DNA of 64,000 nt from Actinomycetota bacterium (lineage in GTDB: Bacteria > Actinomycetota > Actinomycetes > JACCUZ01): the NCBI GenBank assembly GCA_030841035.1, contig JAVEDI010000038.1, positions 35,205 to 99,204 on the forward strand, in the 5' to 3' direction. The notes under the pieces are model-generated. The model did no database searches. It was not told the origin of the DNA and saw nothing but the letters and a program-made list of their open reading frames with translations. Positions 30,630 to 42,178 of this stretch are shown piece after piece (within the stretch, counting starts at the first letter, position 1; every line of letters begins with the position of its first letter). The position numbers were made by a program, and so were the translations under genes.

Positions 30630-32332
30630 CAGAGGACCCCGTCGGGGGCGTTGAGCCGGAACCAGTAGAAGCCGTGCCCGGCGATGGTGAGCAGGTACGG
30701 CAGCTCGCCGATGAGCGGGAACGGCACGGTGCCGAGCAGCTCCACGGGCCGGTAGCCCTCCCAGCGCCTCAGGTCGAGCTCGACCGGCTGCGGGAAGCGC
30801 GAGAGGTTGTTGACGCACAGCACGATGTCGTCGCCGAAGGTGCGCACGAACGAGAGCACGCTCGGGTTGCTGCCCCCGAGGTCCTCGAAGTCACCCAGGC
30901 CGAATGCGGGGTTCTGCTTGCGCACCTCGATCATGCGCCGCGTCCAGTGCAGGAAGGACGTCCCGCTGGCCAGCGCAGCCTCGACGTTGGTCACCTGGTG
31001 ACCGTAGATCGGGTCCATGATCACGGGCAGGTTGAGCTGGCCGGGGTTGCACGTGGAGAAGCCGGCGTTGCGGTCGGGCGTCCACTGCATGGGTGTCCGC
31101 ACGCCGTCGCGGTCGCCGAGCCAGATGTTGTCGCCCATACCGATCTCGTCGCCGTAGTAGAGCACCGGCGACCCGGGCAGCGAGAGCAGCAGCGCGGTGA
31201 ACAGCTCCAGCTGGTTGCGGTCGTTGTCGAGCAGCGGCGCCAGCCGGCGGCGGATGCCGATGTTGGCCTTCATGCGGGGGTCCTTGGCGTACTCGCCCCA
31301 CATGTAGTCGCGTTCCTCGTCGGTCACCATCTCGAGGGTGAGCTCGTCGTGGTTGCGCAGGAAGACGCCCCACTGACAGTTGTCCGGGATGTCGGGAGTC
31401 TGGGTCATGATCTCGGAGATCGGGTAGCGCGACTCCCGGCGCACGCCCATGAACAACCGGGGCATGACGGGGAAGTGGAAGGCCATCTGGCACTCGTCGC
31501 CGTCGGTGCCGAAGTACTCCACCACGTCGGCGGGCCACTGGTTGGCCTCGCAGAGCAGCACCCGGTCGGCGTACTGGGTGTCGACCTCCTTGCGCAGCCG
31601 CTTGAGGAACTCGTGGGTGCGGGGGAGGTTCTCGCAGTTGGTGCCCTCCTCCTCGAACAGGTAGGGCACGGCGTCGAGCCGGAAGCCGTCGATGCCGAGG
31701 TCGAGCCAGAACTTCAGGGCCTCGATGACGGCTTCCTGCACCCGCTCGTTCTCGAAGTTGAGGTCGGGCTGGTGGCTGAAGAAGCGGTGCCAGAAGTACT
31801 GCTTGCGCACCGGGTCGAAGGTCCAGTTGGACGTCTCCGTGTCGACGAAGATGATGCGCGCGCCGGAGTACGCCTCGTCGGTGTCCGCCCAGACGTAGAA
31901 GTCGCCGTAGGGGCCGTCGGGGTCGGTGCGTGACGACTGGAACCACGGGTGCTGGTCGGAGGTGTGGTTCATGACGAAGTCGATGATCACGCGGATGCCG
32001 CGGGCGTGTGCCGCGTCGACGAACTCCACGAAGTCGCCTAGCGTGCCGAACTCCGGCAGCACGTCGGTGTAGTCGCTGACGTCGTAGCCGCCGTCGCGCA
32101 GCGGCGAGCGGAAGAACGGCGGCAGCCAGATGCAGTCGACACCGAGCCACTCGAGATAGTCCAGCTTGTCCTTGAGCCCGGTGAGGTCACCGGTGCCGTC
32201 GCCGTTGCTGTCCTTGAACGAGCGGACCAGGACCTCGTAGAAGACGGCCCGCTTGTACCAGAGCGGATCGCGTTGCTCCTCGGGTACGTCGGCGAAGCTG
32301 TCGATCGCGTGTGGGGAGCCGGACGGAGTCAC
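30629..32332 (-). CDS. treS: trehalose synthase (maltose alpha-D-glucosyltransferase)
   Basis: [56 protein letters not shown]. Confidence 0.97.
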   Translation of the reverse strand: MTPSGSPHAIDSFADVPEEQRDPLWYKRAVFYEVLVRSFKDSNGDGTGDLTGLKDKLDYLEWLGVDCIWLPPFFRSPLRDGGYDVSDYTDVLPEFGTLGDFVEFVDAAHARGIRVIIDFVMNHTSDQHPWFQSSRTDPDGPYGDFYVWADTDEAYSGARIIFVDTETSNWTFDPVRKQYFWHRFFSHQPDLNFENERVQEAVIEALKFWLDLGIDGFRLDAVPYLFEEEGTNCENLPRTHEFLKRLRKEVDTQYADRVLLCEANQWPADVVEYFGTDGDECQMAFHFPVMPRLFMGVRRESRYPISEIMTQTPDIPDNCQWGVFLRNHDELTLEMVTDEERDYMWGEYAKDPRMKANIGIRRRLAPLLDNDRNQLELFTALLLSLPGSPVLYYGDEIGMGDNIWLGDRDGVRTPMQWTPDRNAGFSTCNPGQLNLPVIMDPIYGHQVTNVEAALASGTSFLHWTRRMIEVRKQNPAFGLGDFEDLGGSNPSVLSFVRTFGDDIVLCVNNLSRFPQPVELDLRRWEGYRPVELLGTVPFPLIGELPYLLTIAGHGFYWFRLNAPDGVL

Positions 32333-34296
32333 TGGCCGGCCCTCCGTACGGTGAAGAGGTGAGCGGGCTCGTGGAACGGGTCCAGGCGCACGTAGTTGTG
32401 CTCCCCCCAGACATAGCTGGCCCCGGTGATCTCGTCCTGTACGGCGAAGGTGTCCTCCCATCCGAGGCCGAGCGCGGGCAGGTCGAGGTGGACCGTGGTC
32501 TCGCGAGCCGCGTGCGGGTCGAGGTTGACGACGACGAGGACCGTGTCCCGCTCGACCTGCTTGGAGTAACACATGATCTTGTCGCTGTCCGTGGTGTGGA
32601 AGGTCAGGTGCCGCAGCTGCTGCAGTGCGCGGTGGCGACGGCGTAGGTCGTTGAGCATCGTGATGTACGGCGCCAGCGTGTTGCCCTCGGCGTTCGCGGT
32701 CGCCCAGTCGCGCGGCCGCAGCTGGAACTTCTCGGTGTCGAGGTACTCCTCGCTTCCTGGCCGCACCGCGACGTGCTCGTAGAGCTCGAACCCGGCGTAC
32801 ACCCCCCAGGACGGCGACAGCGTCGCCGCCAGGACTGCCCGGATCTTGAACGCGGGCGGGCCGCCGTACTGCAGGTAGGCGTGCAGGATGTCGGGGGTGT
32901 TGACGAAGAAGTTGGGCCGCAGGAAGTGCGCCGTCTCCTGCGAGAGCTCGGTGAGGTACTCCTCGATCTCCCACTTCTCGTTGCGCCAGGTGAAATACGT
33001 GTAGGACTGGTGGAAGCCGACCCGCGCCAACGTGCGCATCATCGCCGGCCGGGTGAACGCCTCGGACAGGAACAGCACGTCCGGGTCGGTGGTGCGTACC
33101 TGCTCCAGCAGCCACGCCCAGAAGCTGACGGGCTTGGTGTGCGGGTTGTCGACGCGGAAGATCCGCACGCCGTGGGACATCCAGTGCCGCAGCACGCGCA
33201 AGCACTCGGCGTAGATGCCCTCAGGGTCGTTGTCGAAGTTGATCGGGTAGATGTCCTGGTACTTCTTGGGCGGGTTCTCGGCGTACGCGATGGTGCCGTC
33301 GGCCAGCGTCGTGAACCACTCGGGGTGCTCCTTGACCCAGGGATGGTCCGGTGTCGCCTGCAGGGCGAAGTCCAGCGCCACCTCGAGGCCGTGCTTGCGC
33401 GCCTCGGCGACGAACGCGTCGAAGTCCTGGAGCGTGCCGAGGTCGGGGTGGATCGCGTCGTGGCCGCCCTCGTGGCTGCCGATGGCCCACGGGGAGCCGA
33501 CGTCGTCCGGGCCGGGGGTCAGGGTGTTGTTCGGGCCCTTGCGGTTGGTGGTGCCGATCGGGTGGATCGGCGGCAGGTACAGCACGTCGAACCCCATCGC
33601 CGCGACCGCGGGGATGCGCTTCATCGCCGTGCGGAACGTCCCCGAGCGCACCACACCGGCGGCGTCGGCGTCGGCACCCTCGGACCTGGGGAACATCTCG
33701 TACCAGCTGCTGAACAGCGCTCGCTCCCGGTCGACCCGCAGCGGGAGTCGCTCGCTCGCGGTGACGTGCTCCCGAAGCGGCGTGTCGCGCAGCGTCGCGA
33801 TGACGTCGGGGTTCTCCACGGCGGCGAACCGGGCCTCCACCGGGCGGGACTCGTCGCGCAGCGCCGTGGCGGCGTCGAGCAGCGCCCGCTTGGCCGGCGC
33901 CGGGCGCGACACCTTCGCGGCGCGCTCCAGGACCAGGGCGCCCTCCTCGAGCATCAGGTCGACGTCGACCCCGGCCCCGATCTTGACCTCGGCGTTGTGG
34001 TGCCACGTCGCGTAGGGATCGCTCCACGCCTCGACCTGGAACGTCCAGCGCCCCTCCGCGCTCGGCGTCACCTCCGCGGCCCAGACGTCGTTGCCGGGGT
34101 CGATCAGCCGCATGGGCGTCCACGGACCCTTGCGTCCCTTGGGATCGCGCAGCACGACGTTGGCGCTGACCGCGTCGTGCCCCTCGCGGAACACCGTCGC
34201 GGTCACGGCAAAGCTCTCGCCCACCACGGCCTTGGCCGGCCAGCGGCCACAGCCCTCCGCGGGCGCGACGTCGAGAATCGGGATGCGTCCAGTCAT
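32329..34296 (-). CDS. glgE: maltose-1-phosphate:alpha-1,4-glucan maltosyltransferase
   Basis: [55 protein letters not shown]. Confidence 0.97.
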   Translation of the reverse strand: MTGRIPILDVAPAEGCGRWPAKAVVGESFAVTATVFREGHDAVSANVVLRDPKGRKGPWTPMRLIDPGNDVWAAEVTPSAEGRWTFQVEAWSDPYATWHHNAEVKIGAGVDVDLMLEEGALVLERAAKVSRPAPAKRALLDAATALRDESRPVEARFAAVENPDVIATLRDTPLREHVTASERLPLRVDRERALFSSWYEMFPRSEGADADAAGVVRSGTFRTAMKRIPAVAAMGFDVLYLPPIHPIGTTNRKGPNNTLTPGPDDVGSPWAIGSHEGGHDAIHPDLGTLQDFDAFVAEARKHGLEVALDFALQATPDHPWVKEHPEWFTTLADGTIAYAENPPKKYQDIYPINFDNDPEGIYAECLRVLRHWMSHGVRIFRVDNPHTKPVSFWAWLLEQVRTTDPDVLFLSEAFTRPAMMRTLARVGFHQSYTYFTWRNEKWEIEEYLTELSQETAHFLRPNFFVNTPDILHAYLQYGGPPAFKIRAVLAATLSPSWGVYAGFELYEHVAVRPGSEEYLDTEKFQLRPRDWATANAEGNTLAPYITMLNDLRRRHRALQQLRHLTFHTTDSDKIMCYSKQVERDTVLVVVNLDPHAARETTVHLDLPALGLGWEDTFAVQDEITGASYVWGEHNYVRLDPFHEPAHLFTVRRAGQ

Positions 34297-34415
34297 CGGG
34301 TCGAACCTACCCACCTGTCCGCTGCGTGCACATCTGGACTGCGAGCACTGCCCGGTGACCCACCGGATGACACTCGGCTGCTGCACCCCGTGGGCCGACG
34401 GTACCGTTGTTTCCC

Positions 34416-37055
34416 GTGAAGGCCATCCGTCGGTTCACCGTCCGCACCGTCCTGCCCGCCGCCCTGGCGCCGCTGGGTGAGCTCGCGCTCAACCTGCGCT
34501 GGTCGTGGCACACGCCGTCCCAGGACCTGTTCGCCAGCCTGGACCGCGGGGTCTGGGACCGGGTCGAGCACGACCCCGTGCGGCTGCTGGGGGCCCTCGG
34601 CCCGGACCGGCTGGCCGCGCTCGCCGAGGACGAGGACGTCGTACGCCGGGTGCAGCGGGCCACCGAGGACCTGCACGCCTACCTGTCCGAGGACCGCTGG
34701 TACCAGCACCTGCAGCGCGAGTCGGCCGCCGGCGGCTCCGGAATGGCCGTGCCCGAGGCCATCGCCTACTTCTCGCCGGAGTTCGGCATCACCGCCGTGC
34801 TGCCGCAGTACTCCGGCGGACTCGGCATCCTGGCGGGGGACCACCTCAAGACCGCCTCCGACCTCGGGGTGCCGATCGTCGGGGTCGGCCTGCTCTACCG
34901 GGCCGGCTACTTCGCCCAGTCGCTCTCGCGCGAGGGGTGGCAGCAGGAGCGCTACCCCGTCCTCGACCCCCACGGGCTGCCGATCTCGCTGCTGCACGAG
35001 ACCGACGAGCCAGGTGCCGAGCCGCTCAAGGTGCGCGTCGGGCTACCCGGCGGCCGCCACCTGGTCGCTCAGGTGTGGAAGGCCCAGGTCGGCCGCGTGC
35101 CGCTGCTGCTGCTGGACTCGGACATCGAGGACAACGAACCCACCGAGCGCGACGTCACCGACCGCCTCTACGGCGGGGGCAGCGAGCACCGACTTCTGCA
35201 GGAGATGCTGCTGGGCATCGGTGGGGTCCGCGCGGTGCGGGCCTACGCGCGGCTGACGGGCTCGCCGGCGCCCGAGGTCTTCCACACCAACGAGGGGCAC
35301 GCCGGATTCTTCGGTGTCGAGCGCATCCGCGAGCTCACCGAGGAGGCGGGGCTCAGCTTCGGCGAGGCCCTCGAGGCAGCGCGCGCGGCGACGGTCTTCA
35401 CGACCCACACGCCCGTGCCGGCGGGCATCGACCGGTTCTCGCGCGACCTGATCGCCCAGCACTTCGGTGGCGACAACGCCTCCGCGGGCGTGCCGGTCGA
35501 CCGGGTGCTCGCCCTGGGCGCCGAGGACTACGAGGGCGGTGACCCCTCCGTCTTCAACATGGCCGTGATGGGGCTGCGCCTGGCCCAGCGGGCGAACGGC
35601 GTGTCCAAGCTGCACGGCGCCGTCGCCCGCCAGATGTTCGCCCGGCTCTGGCCGGGCTTCGACGGCCAGGAGATCCCGATCAGCCACGTCACCAACGGCG
35701 TCCACGCGCCCACCTGGGTGGCGCCCGAGGTGTTCGATCTCGCCGAGCGCGCGGTCGGTCCCCAGCTCGTGCAGGACGGCACCGGCTGGGAGGGCATCCA
35801 GCACGTCGACGACGAGCGCATCTGGGCCGTCCGTCGGGTGCTGCGCGAACGCCTGGTTGCCGACGTGCGCCGGCGGCTGCGCGTGTCGTGGCTCGAGCGT
35901 GGCGCCAGCGACGCCGAGCTGGGCTGGGTCCGGAAGGTGCTCGACCCCGACGTGCTGACCATCGGCTTCGCGCGCCGGGTGCCGTCGTACAAGCGGCTGA
36001 CCCTCATGCTGCGTGACCCCGAGCGGCTGAAGTCGCTGCTGCTCGACCCGGAGCGTCCGGTGCAGCTGGTGATCGCCGGGAAGGCGCACCCCGCCGACGA
36101 CGGAGGCAAGAAGCTCATCCAGGAGCTCGTCCGGTTCAGCGACGACCCGGCGGTGCGCCACCGCATCGTCTTCCTGCCCGGCTACGACATCGCGATGGCC
36201 CAGGCGCTCTACCCGGGTTGCGACGTCTGGCTGAACAACCCGCTGCGGCCACTCGAGGCGTGCGGCACGTCGGGCATGAAGTCCGCGCTCAACGGTGGCC
36301 TCAACCTGTCGGTGCTCGACGGGTGGTGGGACGAGATGTACGACGGGCACAACGGCTGGGCGATCCCGACGGCCGACGGCGTGACCGATCCCGACCGGCG
36401 CGACGACCTCGAGGCCGGCGCGCTCTACGACCTCATCGAGCACACCGTTGCCCCGCTCTTCTACGACCGTGACGCGGGCGACCAGCCCAGCCGCTGGATC
36501 GAGATGGTGCGCCACACCCTCCAGACGCTGGGCCCGCAGGTCCTGGCCAGCCGGATGGTGCGCGACTACGTGCACGCCCTCTACAGCCCGGCCTGCCGGT
36601 CGGCGCACTCGCTCGACGACGACGGCTACGCCGGTGCCCGCGAGCTGGCGGAGTGGAAGGCGCGGGTCCGTGCCGCGTGGGGCGGCGTGCGGGTCGACCA
36701 CGTCGAGGCGTTGGGGGTCGGTGACGTGCCCGAGGTCGGCGCCACCCTCGAGGTGCGCGCGTTCGTGTCGCTGGGCGAGCTCACGCCGGACGACGTCGAG
36801 GTGCAGGTGGTGCACGGCCGGGTGGACGAGCAGGACCAGCTCACCGACACCGGGGTGGTGCCGCTGCGCCACGCCGAGGCCTATGAGGGCGGCCGGCACC
36901 GCTACGTCGAGGACATCAAGCTCGAGCGGCCCGGGCCGTTCGGCTACACGACGCGCATCGTGCCGCGGCACCGGCTGCTCGCCGCTCCGACCGAGCTGGG
37001 CCTCGCGGCCCTGCCGCACGAAGGCGGCGGCTTGGAGTGGGGCGACCTGCGCTAG
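34416..37055 (+). CDS. glgP: alpha-glucan (glycogen) phosphorylase
   Basis: YSGGLGILAGD, HTNEGH, FARRVPSYKR, EACGTSGMK (PLP lysine). Confidence 0.97.
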   Translation: MKAIRRFTVRTVLPAALAPLGELALNLRWSWHTPSQDLFASLDRGVWDRVEHDPVRLLGALGPDRLAALAEDEDVVRRVQRATEDLHAYLSEDRWYQHLQRESAAGGSGMAVPEAIAYFSPEFGITAVLPQYSGGLGILAGDHLKTASDLGVPIVGVGLLYRAGYFAQSLSREGWQQERYPVLDPHGLPISLLHETDEPGAEPLKVRVGLPGGRHLVAQVWKAQVGRVPLLLLDSDIEDNEPTERDVTDRLYGGGSEHRLLQEMLLGIGGVRAVRAYARLTGSPAPEVFHTNEGHAGFFGVERIRELTEEAGLSFGEALEAARAATVFTTHTPVPAGIDRFSRDLIAQHFGGDNASAGVPVDRVLALGAEDYEGGDPSVFNMAVMGLRLAQRANGVSKLHGAVARQMFARLWPGFDGQEIPISHVTNGVHAPTWVAPEVFDLAERAVGPQLVQDGTGWEGIQHVDDERIWAVRRVLRERLVADVRRRLRVSWLERGASDAELGWVRKVLDPDVLTIGFARRVPSYKRLTLMLRDPERLKSLLLDPERPVQLVIAGKAHPADDGGKKLIQELVRFSDDPAVRHRIVFLPGYDIAMAQALYPGCDVWLNNPLRPLEACGTSGMKSALNGGLNLSVLDGWWDEMYDGHNGWAIPTADGVTDPDRRDDLEAGALYDLIEHTVAPLFYDRDAGDQPSRWIEMVRHTLQTLGPQVLASRMVRDYVHALYSPACRSAHSLDDDGYAGARELAEWKARVRAAWGGVRVDHVEALGVGDVPEVGATLEVRAFVSLGELTPDDVEVQVVHGRVDEQDQLTDTGVVPLRHAEAYEGGRHRYVEDIKLERPGPFGYTTRIVPRHRLLAAPTELGLAALPHEGGGLEWGDLR

Positions 37056-39205
37056 GCGACGGCCGCCAGCACCCGCATGCTGAACGGCGCCAGGAGGGCG
37101 GTGGTCCCCGCCGACTCTGCCGTCTCGGACGGGCGCGGCTGCTCGTCGATGGTGTCGAGCAGTCCGCGGTACGCCGTCGCCCAGGGCGCGGCCGGCAGCA
37201 CGAAGGGCGCCTCGTCGGGGCCGGTGTTGAGCAGCACGAGAAGCGAGGCGGCCGGCGCGCCGTCGGCGCCGACGGCCAGGTCGGCCCCCGAGAGGTACAG
37301 GCCCAGCACGCGCCGGTCATGGTCGAACCATCCGGCGTCGGTCATCTGCTGGCCGTCCGGGGCGAACCACGCGAGGTCCGTCTGGCCGTCCTCGTGCACG
37401 GGTCGGCCGTCGAAGAAGTCCGCTTGACGCAAGACCGGGTGCCGTGCGCGCAGCGCCAGCAGCGCGCGCGTCCACTCGAGCTGGCGCGACTGCCACGTGT
37501 CGTGGCCCGCCCGCGACGCCTCGAGCCATGACCAGTCGAGCCACGTGGTGTCGTCGTCGACGCAGTAGGCGTTGTTGTTGCCGCCCTGGCTGCGTCCCGT
37601 CTCGTCTCCTGCGACGAGCATGGGAACGCCGGTCGAGGTCGACAACGTGGTGAGCAGGTTGCGCATCATCCGCCGCCGGACGGCCAGCACCTCCTCGTCG
37701 GCGGTCGATCCCTCCACGCCGCAGTTCCAGCCCCGGTTGTGGTCGGAGCCGTCGCGGTTCCCCTCGCCGTTGGGTTCGTTGCGCTTGCGTTCGTAGGCCA
37801 CGAGGTCGTGCAGCGTGAAGCCGTCGTGCGCGGTCACGAAGTTGACCGAGGACAGGGGGCCGCGGGCGCCGTTCTCGAAGACGTCGGACGACCCCGACAC
37901 CCGGTAGGCCAGGTCGCGTAGGCCGCTGCCCTGCTTGCGGGCGTTGTCGCCGAGCCAGGTCTCGCGAATCGTGTCGCGGTACCGGTCGTTCCACTCCGCC
38001 CACTCGGCGGGGAAGTGGCCGAGCTGATAGCCGCCTGACCCGACGTCCCAGGGCTCCGCGACGAGCTTGACCCGTGAGAGGACGGGATCCTGGCGCAGCA
38101 CGGACAGGAAGGTGCCGGAGCCCTCGAAGGTGTCCGACCCGCGCGCCAGCGCGGGCGCCAGGTCGAAGCGGAACCCGTCGACGTGCATCTCCTGTGCCCA
38201 GTAGCGCAGCGAGTCGGTGACGGTGCGCAGCGTGCGGGGCTGCCTGAGGTCGAGAGTGTTGCCGCAGCCGGTCACGTCGCTGTAGAGCCGGCCGTGGCGC
38301 AACCTGTAGTACTCGTGGTTGTCCAGGCCCCGCCAGGCCAGGGTGGGGCCGTCGACGCCGCCCTCGGCGGTGTGGTTGTAGACGACGTCGAGCAGCACCT
38401 CCAGCCCCGCGGCGTGCAGCGCCCGCACCATCGCCTTGAACTCCCGTACCTGCCCGCCGCGCGAGCCGGAGGCGGCGTACGCCGCATGCGGCGCGAAGAA
38501 GCCGAGTGTGTTGTAGCCCCAGTAGTTTCGCTGGCCCCGGCGGAGCAGGGCCAGCTCGGGCACGAAGTGGTGCACCGGCAGCAGCTCGACCGTGGTGACC
38601 CCGAGCGAGGTGAGGTGCGCGACGACGGCGGGGTGCGCAAGGCCGGCGTACGTGCCGCGCAGCTCCTGCGGCACGTCGGGATGCATGCGGCTCAGGCCGC
38701 GCACGTGCGCCTCGTAGATCACGGTCTCCGACCACGGCACCTCCGGCCGTCGGTCGCCGCCCCAGTCGAAGTCGTCGGCCACGACCACCGACCGCGGCAC
38801 GAACGGCGCCGAGTCGCGGGTGTCGGCCACGGTGTCGTCCCGCGTGCCGTCATGCCCGAGCACCGCGGTGTCGGCGAGCAGGTCGCCGTCGATGGCTCGT
38901 GCGTAGGGGTCGACGAGCAGCTTGGCCGGGTTGTAGCGGTGACCGTGCCACGGGTCCCAGGGCCCCTGTACGCGGTAGCCGTAGCGCTGGCCGGGGCCGA
39001 CGCCGGCCACGTGGCCGTGCCAGACGCCGTGGGTGCGATCGGTCAGCGCCACCCTCGTCTCGCGACCGGCCTCGTCGAAGAGGCACAGCTCGACGGCCTG
39101 GCCGCCGCTGTGCACCGCGAACATCGTGCCGTGCTCGTCGACGGTCGCGCCGAGCGGCGGGGCGTGGGGGGAGGGTCGGGCGGTGGTCACCGCGTGGGTC
39201 GGCAT
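37052..39205 (-). CDS. glgX: glycogen debranching enzyme
   Basis: IYEAHVRG, NYWGYNT, DVVYNHTAE, DGFRFDLA, AEPWD, TAHDGFTL; GTG 39208 is an alternative start. Confidence 0.96.
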   Translation of the reverse strand: MPTHAVTTARPSPHAPPLGATVDEHGTMFAVHSGGQAVELCLFDEAGRETRVALTDRTHGVWHGHVAGVGPGQRYGYRVQGPWDPWHGHRYNPAKLLVDPYARAIDGDLLADTAVLGHDGTRDDTVADTRDSAPFVPRSVVVADDFDWGGDRRPEVPWSETVIYEAHVRGLSRMHPDVPQELRGTYAGLAHPAVVAHLTSLGVTTVELLPVHHFVPELALLRRGQRNYWGYNTLGFFAPHAAYAASGSRGGQVREFKAMVRALHAAGLEVLLDVVYNHTAEGGVDGPTLAWRGLDNHEYYRLRHGRLYSDVTGCGNTLDLRQPRTLRTVTDSLRYWAQEMHVDGFRFDLAPALARGSDTFEGSGTFLSVLRQDPVLSRVKLVAEPWDVGSGGYQLGHFPAEWAEWNDRYRDTIRETWLGDNARKQGSGLRDLAYRVSGSSDVFENGARGPLSSVNFVTAHDGFTLHDLVAYERKRNEPNGEGNRDGSDHNRGWNCGVEGSTADEEVLAVRRRMMRNLLTTLSTSTGVPMLVAGDETGRSQGGNNNAYCVDDDTTWLDWSWLEASRAGHDTWQSRQLEWTRALLALRARHPVLRQADFFDGRPVHEDGQTDLAWFAPDGQQMTDAGWFDHDRRVLGLYLSGADLAVGADGAPAASLLVLLNTGPDEAPFVLPAAPWATAYRGLLDTIDEQPRPSETAESAGTTALLAPFSMRVLAAVA

Positions 39206-39309
39206 CACGCCCGGAAGGCTACGCTCGCGAGCCAAGAGCGACCCCGCGGTTGACGACGTCGCAGGACGGACGGGCGCCGGTCGGGAGCGACACGCACCAG
39301 GAGGCTTGA

Positions 39310-40095
39310 GTGGCACACGGCGAGTTCGTCCGGCTCGAGGTCGAGGAGGGCATCGGCACCATCCGGCTGGACCGGCCGCCGATGAACGCGCTCAGCTCCC
39401 AGCTGCAGGAGGAGCTGCGCGCGGCCGCCCAGGAGGCAGGTGACAGCAGCGACGTGTCGGCGGTCGTGCTCTACGGCGGCGAGAAGGTGTTCGCCGCCGG
39501 CGCGGACATCAAGGAGATGGCGACCATGTCCTACACCGACATGGTCGGGCGCGCGGGAGCGCTGCAGTCCTCGTTCACCGCGGTGGCTCGCATCCCCAAG
39601 CCGGTCATCGCGGCGATCACCGGCTACGCCCTCGGTGGTGGCTGCGAGCTGGCGCTGTGCGCCGACCTGCGGATCTGCAGCGACGACGCCAAGCTGGGGC
39701 AGCCCGAGATCCAGCTGGGCATCATCCCCGGCGCCGGCGGCACCCAGCGACTGCCGCGACTCGTCGGGCCCTCGCGCGCCAAGGAGATCGTGTTCACCGG
39801 TCGCTTCGTCGACGCGGAGGAGGCCCTGCGCATCGGTCTGGTCGACAAGGTCGTCCCAGCAGGTGAGGTCTATGCAGCCGCCCGCCAGATGGCGGCCCGC
39901 TTCGTGGGTGGTCCGGGCCTGGCGCTACGCGCTGCCAAGGAGTCCATCGACCGCGGACTGGAGACCGACCTCGACACCGGCCTGGAGATCGAGCGGCTGG
40001 CGTTCAGTGCCCTGTTCGCGACCGAGGACCGCGCGACCGGCATGACGTCTTTCGTGGAGCAGGGTCCCGGCAAGGCGAAGTTCGTGGGGCGCTAG
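39310..40095 (+). CDS. enoyl-CoA hydratase/isomerase
   Basis: FAAGADIKEM, GYALGGGCE, GQPEI..GIIPGAGGTQRL; AGGAGG RBS. Confidence 0.93.
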   Translation: MAHGEFVRLEVEEGIGTIRLDRPPMNALSSQLQEELRAAAQEAGDSSDVSAVVLYGGEKVFAAGADIKEMATMSYTDMVGRAGALQSSFTAVARIPKPVIAAITGYALGGGCELALCADLRICSDDAKLGQPEIQLGIIPGAGGTQRLPRLVGPSRAKEIVFTGRFVDAEEALRIGLVDKVVPAGEVYAAARQMAARFVGGPGLALRAAKESIDRGLETDLDTGLEIERLAFSALFATEDRATGMTSFVEQGPGKAKFVGR

Positions 40096-40097
40096 TC

Positions 40098-41066
40098 GTG
40101 AGCAAGCCGGGCGGGCAGCAGACGGACGAGCGGGGCGGGGCGAGCGCCGAGGAGGTCGAGCGGGCGTGGACCGATCCCAAGCTGGCCAACGTGCTGTACC
40201 ACGACAGTGAGGCCTCGACCTACGACGAGAAGTGGTCGATCTCCTACGACGAGCGGTGCATCTCCTACGCGCGCGACCGGTTCGCCGCGGTAGCAGGTAC
40301 CGACGGCTGGCCCTACGCCAAGGCGCTCGAGCTGGGTTGCGGCACCGGCTTCTTCCTGCTCAACCTCAAGCAGGCCGGCGTGCTCGACGACGCGCACGTC
40401 ACCGACCTGTCGCCCGGCATGGTGCAGGCCGCCATCCGCAACGGGACGGCACTGGGCATGGACGTGGCGGGCCGGGTGGCTGACGCCGAGGCCATCCCGT
40501 ACGACGACGCGAGCTTCGACCTGGTGGTCGGGCACGCCGTGCTGCACCACATCCCGGACGTCGAGCTGGCGCTGCGGGAGGTGCTGCGGGTTCTCCGGCC
40601 CGGAGGCCGGTTCGTGTTCGCCGGTGAGCCCTCGACGGTCGGTGACTGGTACGCCCGCCGGCTCGGCCGCCTGACCTGGCGGCTCACCACGACCGTGACC
40701 CACCTGCCGCAGCTGCGGGAGCGCTGGTCGCGTCCCGAGGAGGAGCTGGCCGAGTCCTCCCGCGCTGCGGCGCTCGAGTCGGTGGTCGACATCCACACGT
40801 TCGACCCGCGGGAGCTCGCCGCCACGGCACTGCGGGCGGGTGCCGTCGACGTACACACGACGACCGAGGAGCTGACGGCCGCGCTCTTCGGCTGGCCCGT
40901 GCGCACGTTCGAGGCGGCGGTCAACCCCGCTCGGCTGGGGTGGGGCTGGGCGATGTTCGCCTACCGCTCGTGGCAACGGCTGAGCGCCATCGACCGGGTG
41001 CTCGGCAAGGCGTTGCCGCAGAAGCTGTTCTACAACGTCCTGCTCACCGGCACCCGGCCGGGCTGA
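40098..41066 (+). CDS. class I SAM-dependent methyltransferase
   Basis: LELGCGTG, DLSPGM, FDLVVGHAVLHH, LRPGGRF. Confidence 0.9.
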   Translation: MSKPGGQQTDERGGASAEEVERAWTDPKLANVLYHDSEASTYDEKWSISYDERCISYARDRFAAVAGTDGWPYAKALELGCGTGFFLLNLKQAGVLDDAHVTDLSPGMVQAAIRNGTALGMDVAGRVADAEAIPYDDASFDLVVGHAVLHHIPDVELALREVLRVLRPGGRFVFAGEPSTVGDWYARRLGRLTWRLTTTVTHLPQLRERWSRPEEELAESSRAAALESVVDIHTFDPRELAATALRAGAVDVHTTTEELTAALFGWPVRTFEAAVNPARLGWGWAMFAYRSWQRLSAIDRVLGKALPQKLFYNVLLTGTRPG

Positions 41067-41083
41067 GCGGGCTGGGTCTGGGT

Positions 41084-41743
41084 GTGGCGCGCGAACCGCG
41101 ACGGCTGCCGCTGTCGACCTTCGTCTCCCCTGCGAGCCTGCGCTGGGTGGTGCGGCAGCGCGCGTGGACACCGTTCTACCTGGTGCGGTACTGGCGCTTC
41201 CTGCTGCTGCGGCTGCGGCACCCCGAGGTCGTGACGGAGGGGTTCGTGTTCCTGGGCCGGCGGGTACAGCTCGAGGTGCGCAAGGGCTATGGACGCATCG
41301 TGCTCGGCCGCTGGGTGCACATCGGGGACGACAACCGGCTTCGCGCCCACGAGGGCACGCTGCGCGTGGGCGACCGCACGGTGTTCGGGCGTGACAACAC
41401 GGTCAACTGCTACCTGGACATCGAGTTCGGGCCGGGCTGCATGGTGGCCGACTGGGTCTACGTCTGCGACTTCGACCATCGCTTCGAGGACCTCGACCGG
41501 CCGGTGAAGGACCAGGGTCTGGTGAAGACGCCGGTACGCATCGGTGCCGACGTGTGGGTCGGTGTCAGGGCGACGGTCCTGCGTGGCGCCAGGGTGGGGG
41601 AGGGCAGCGTGCTGGGGGCGCACACCGTCGTACGAGGGTGCATCCCGCCGTACAGCGTGGTGGTCGGCGTGCCGGGGCGCGTCGTGCGCGACCGGCGCGA
41701 CGAACGCGCGCAGCGCCCCGTGCGGCATGCGGACGACGTGTAG
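41084..41743 (+). CDS. hexapeptide-repeat (left-handed beta-helix) acyltransferase
   Basis: IGADVWVG...VLRGARVGEGSVLGAHTVV...VVVGVPGRV; DFDH; start uncertain. Confidence 0.85.
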   Translation: MAREPRRLPLSTFVSPASLRWVVRQRAWTPFYLVRYWRFLLLRLRHPEVVTEGFVFLGRRVQLEVRKGYGRIVLGRWVHIGDDNRLRAHEGTLRVGDRTVFGRDNTVNCYLDIEFGPGCMVADWVYVCDFDHRFEDLDRPVKDQGLVKTPVRIGADVWVGVRATVLRGARVGEGSVLGAHTVVRGCIPPYSVVVGVPGRVVRDRRDERAQRPVRHADDV

Positions 41744-41746
41744 CGC

Positions 41747-42178
41747 TCAGCCGGCCGGGCTGCCGTCGCCGACGGCTTGCGCGAGCTGCTCGCGCAGAAC
41801 GCTCGGGATGGGGCGCGACGCGTGCGTGGCGGAGTCGAAGTTGACGTAGACGATGCTCGCCGTGGTGAGCAGCACGCCGTCCGAGCGGTGCACCTCGAAG
41901 CCGAGCTGAAAGCTGGACCGTCCCACCCGCAGGCAGTGCACGGCGATCTCGAGCCGGTCGTCGACGGTGGCCGGGCCGTTGAAGTCCGCCTCGACGTGCA
42001 CCAGGGACGGAACGAACCCTTCCTGTGCCATCGCGTCGAAGGTCCAGCCCCGGTCACCGAAGAACTCTCCCATCGCGACGTCGAAGAACTCCCAGTAGCG
42101 ACCGTTGAACACGATGCCTTGCGCGTCCATCTCGTGGTAGCGCACCTGGTGCCGGTACACAGACGTCCGGGGCGTCAT
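41747..42178 (-). CDS. acyl-CoA thioesterase (4HBT/YbgC hotdog family)
   Basis: VRYHEMDAQGIVFNGRY, VGRSSF. Confidence 0.88.
   Translation of the reverse strand: MTPRTSVYRHQVRYHEMDAQGIVFNGRYWEFFDVAMGEFFGDRGWTFDAMAQEGFVPSLVHVEADFNGPATVDDRLEIAVHCLRVGRSSFQLGFEVHRSDGVLLTTASIVYVNFDSATHASRPIPSVLREQLAQAVGDGSPAG

Noticed and set aside
41700-41760. Mobile-element boundary (att site or target duplication) at the island edge
   Set aside because: No integrase, transposase, tRNA or flanking direct repeat visible; horizontal origin is not shown
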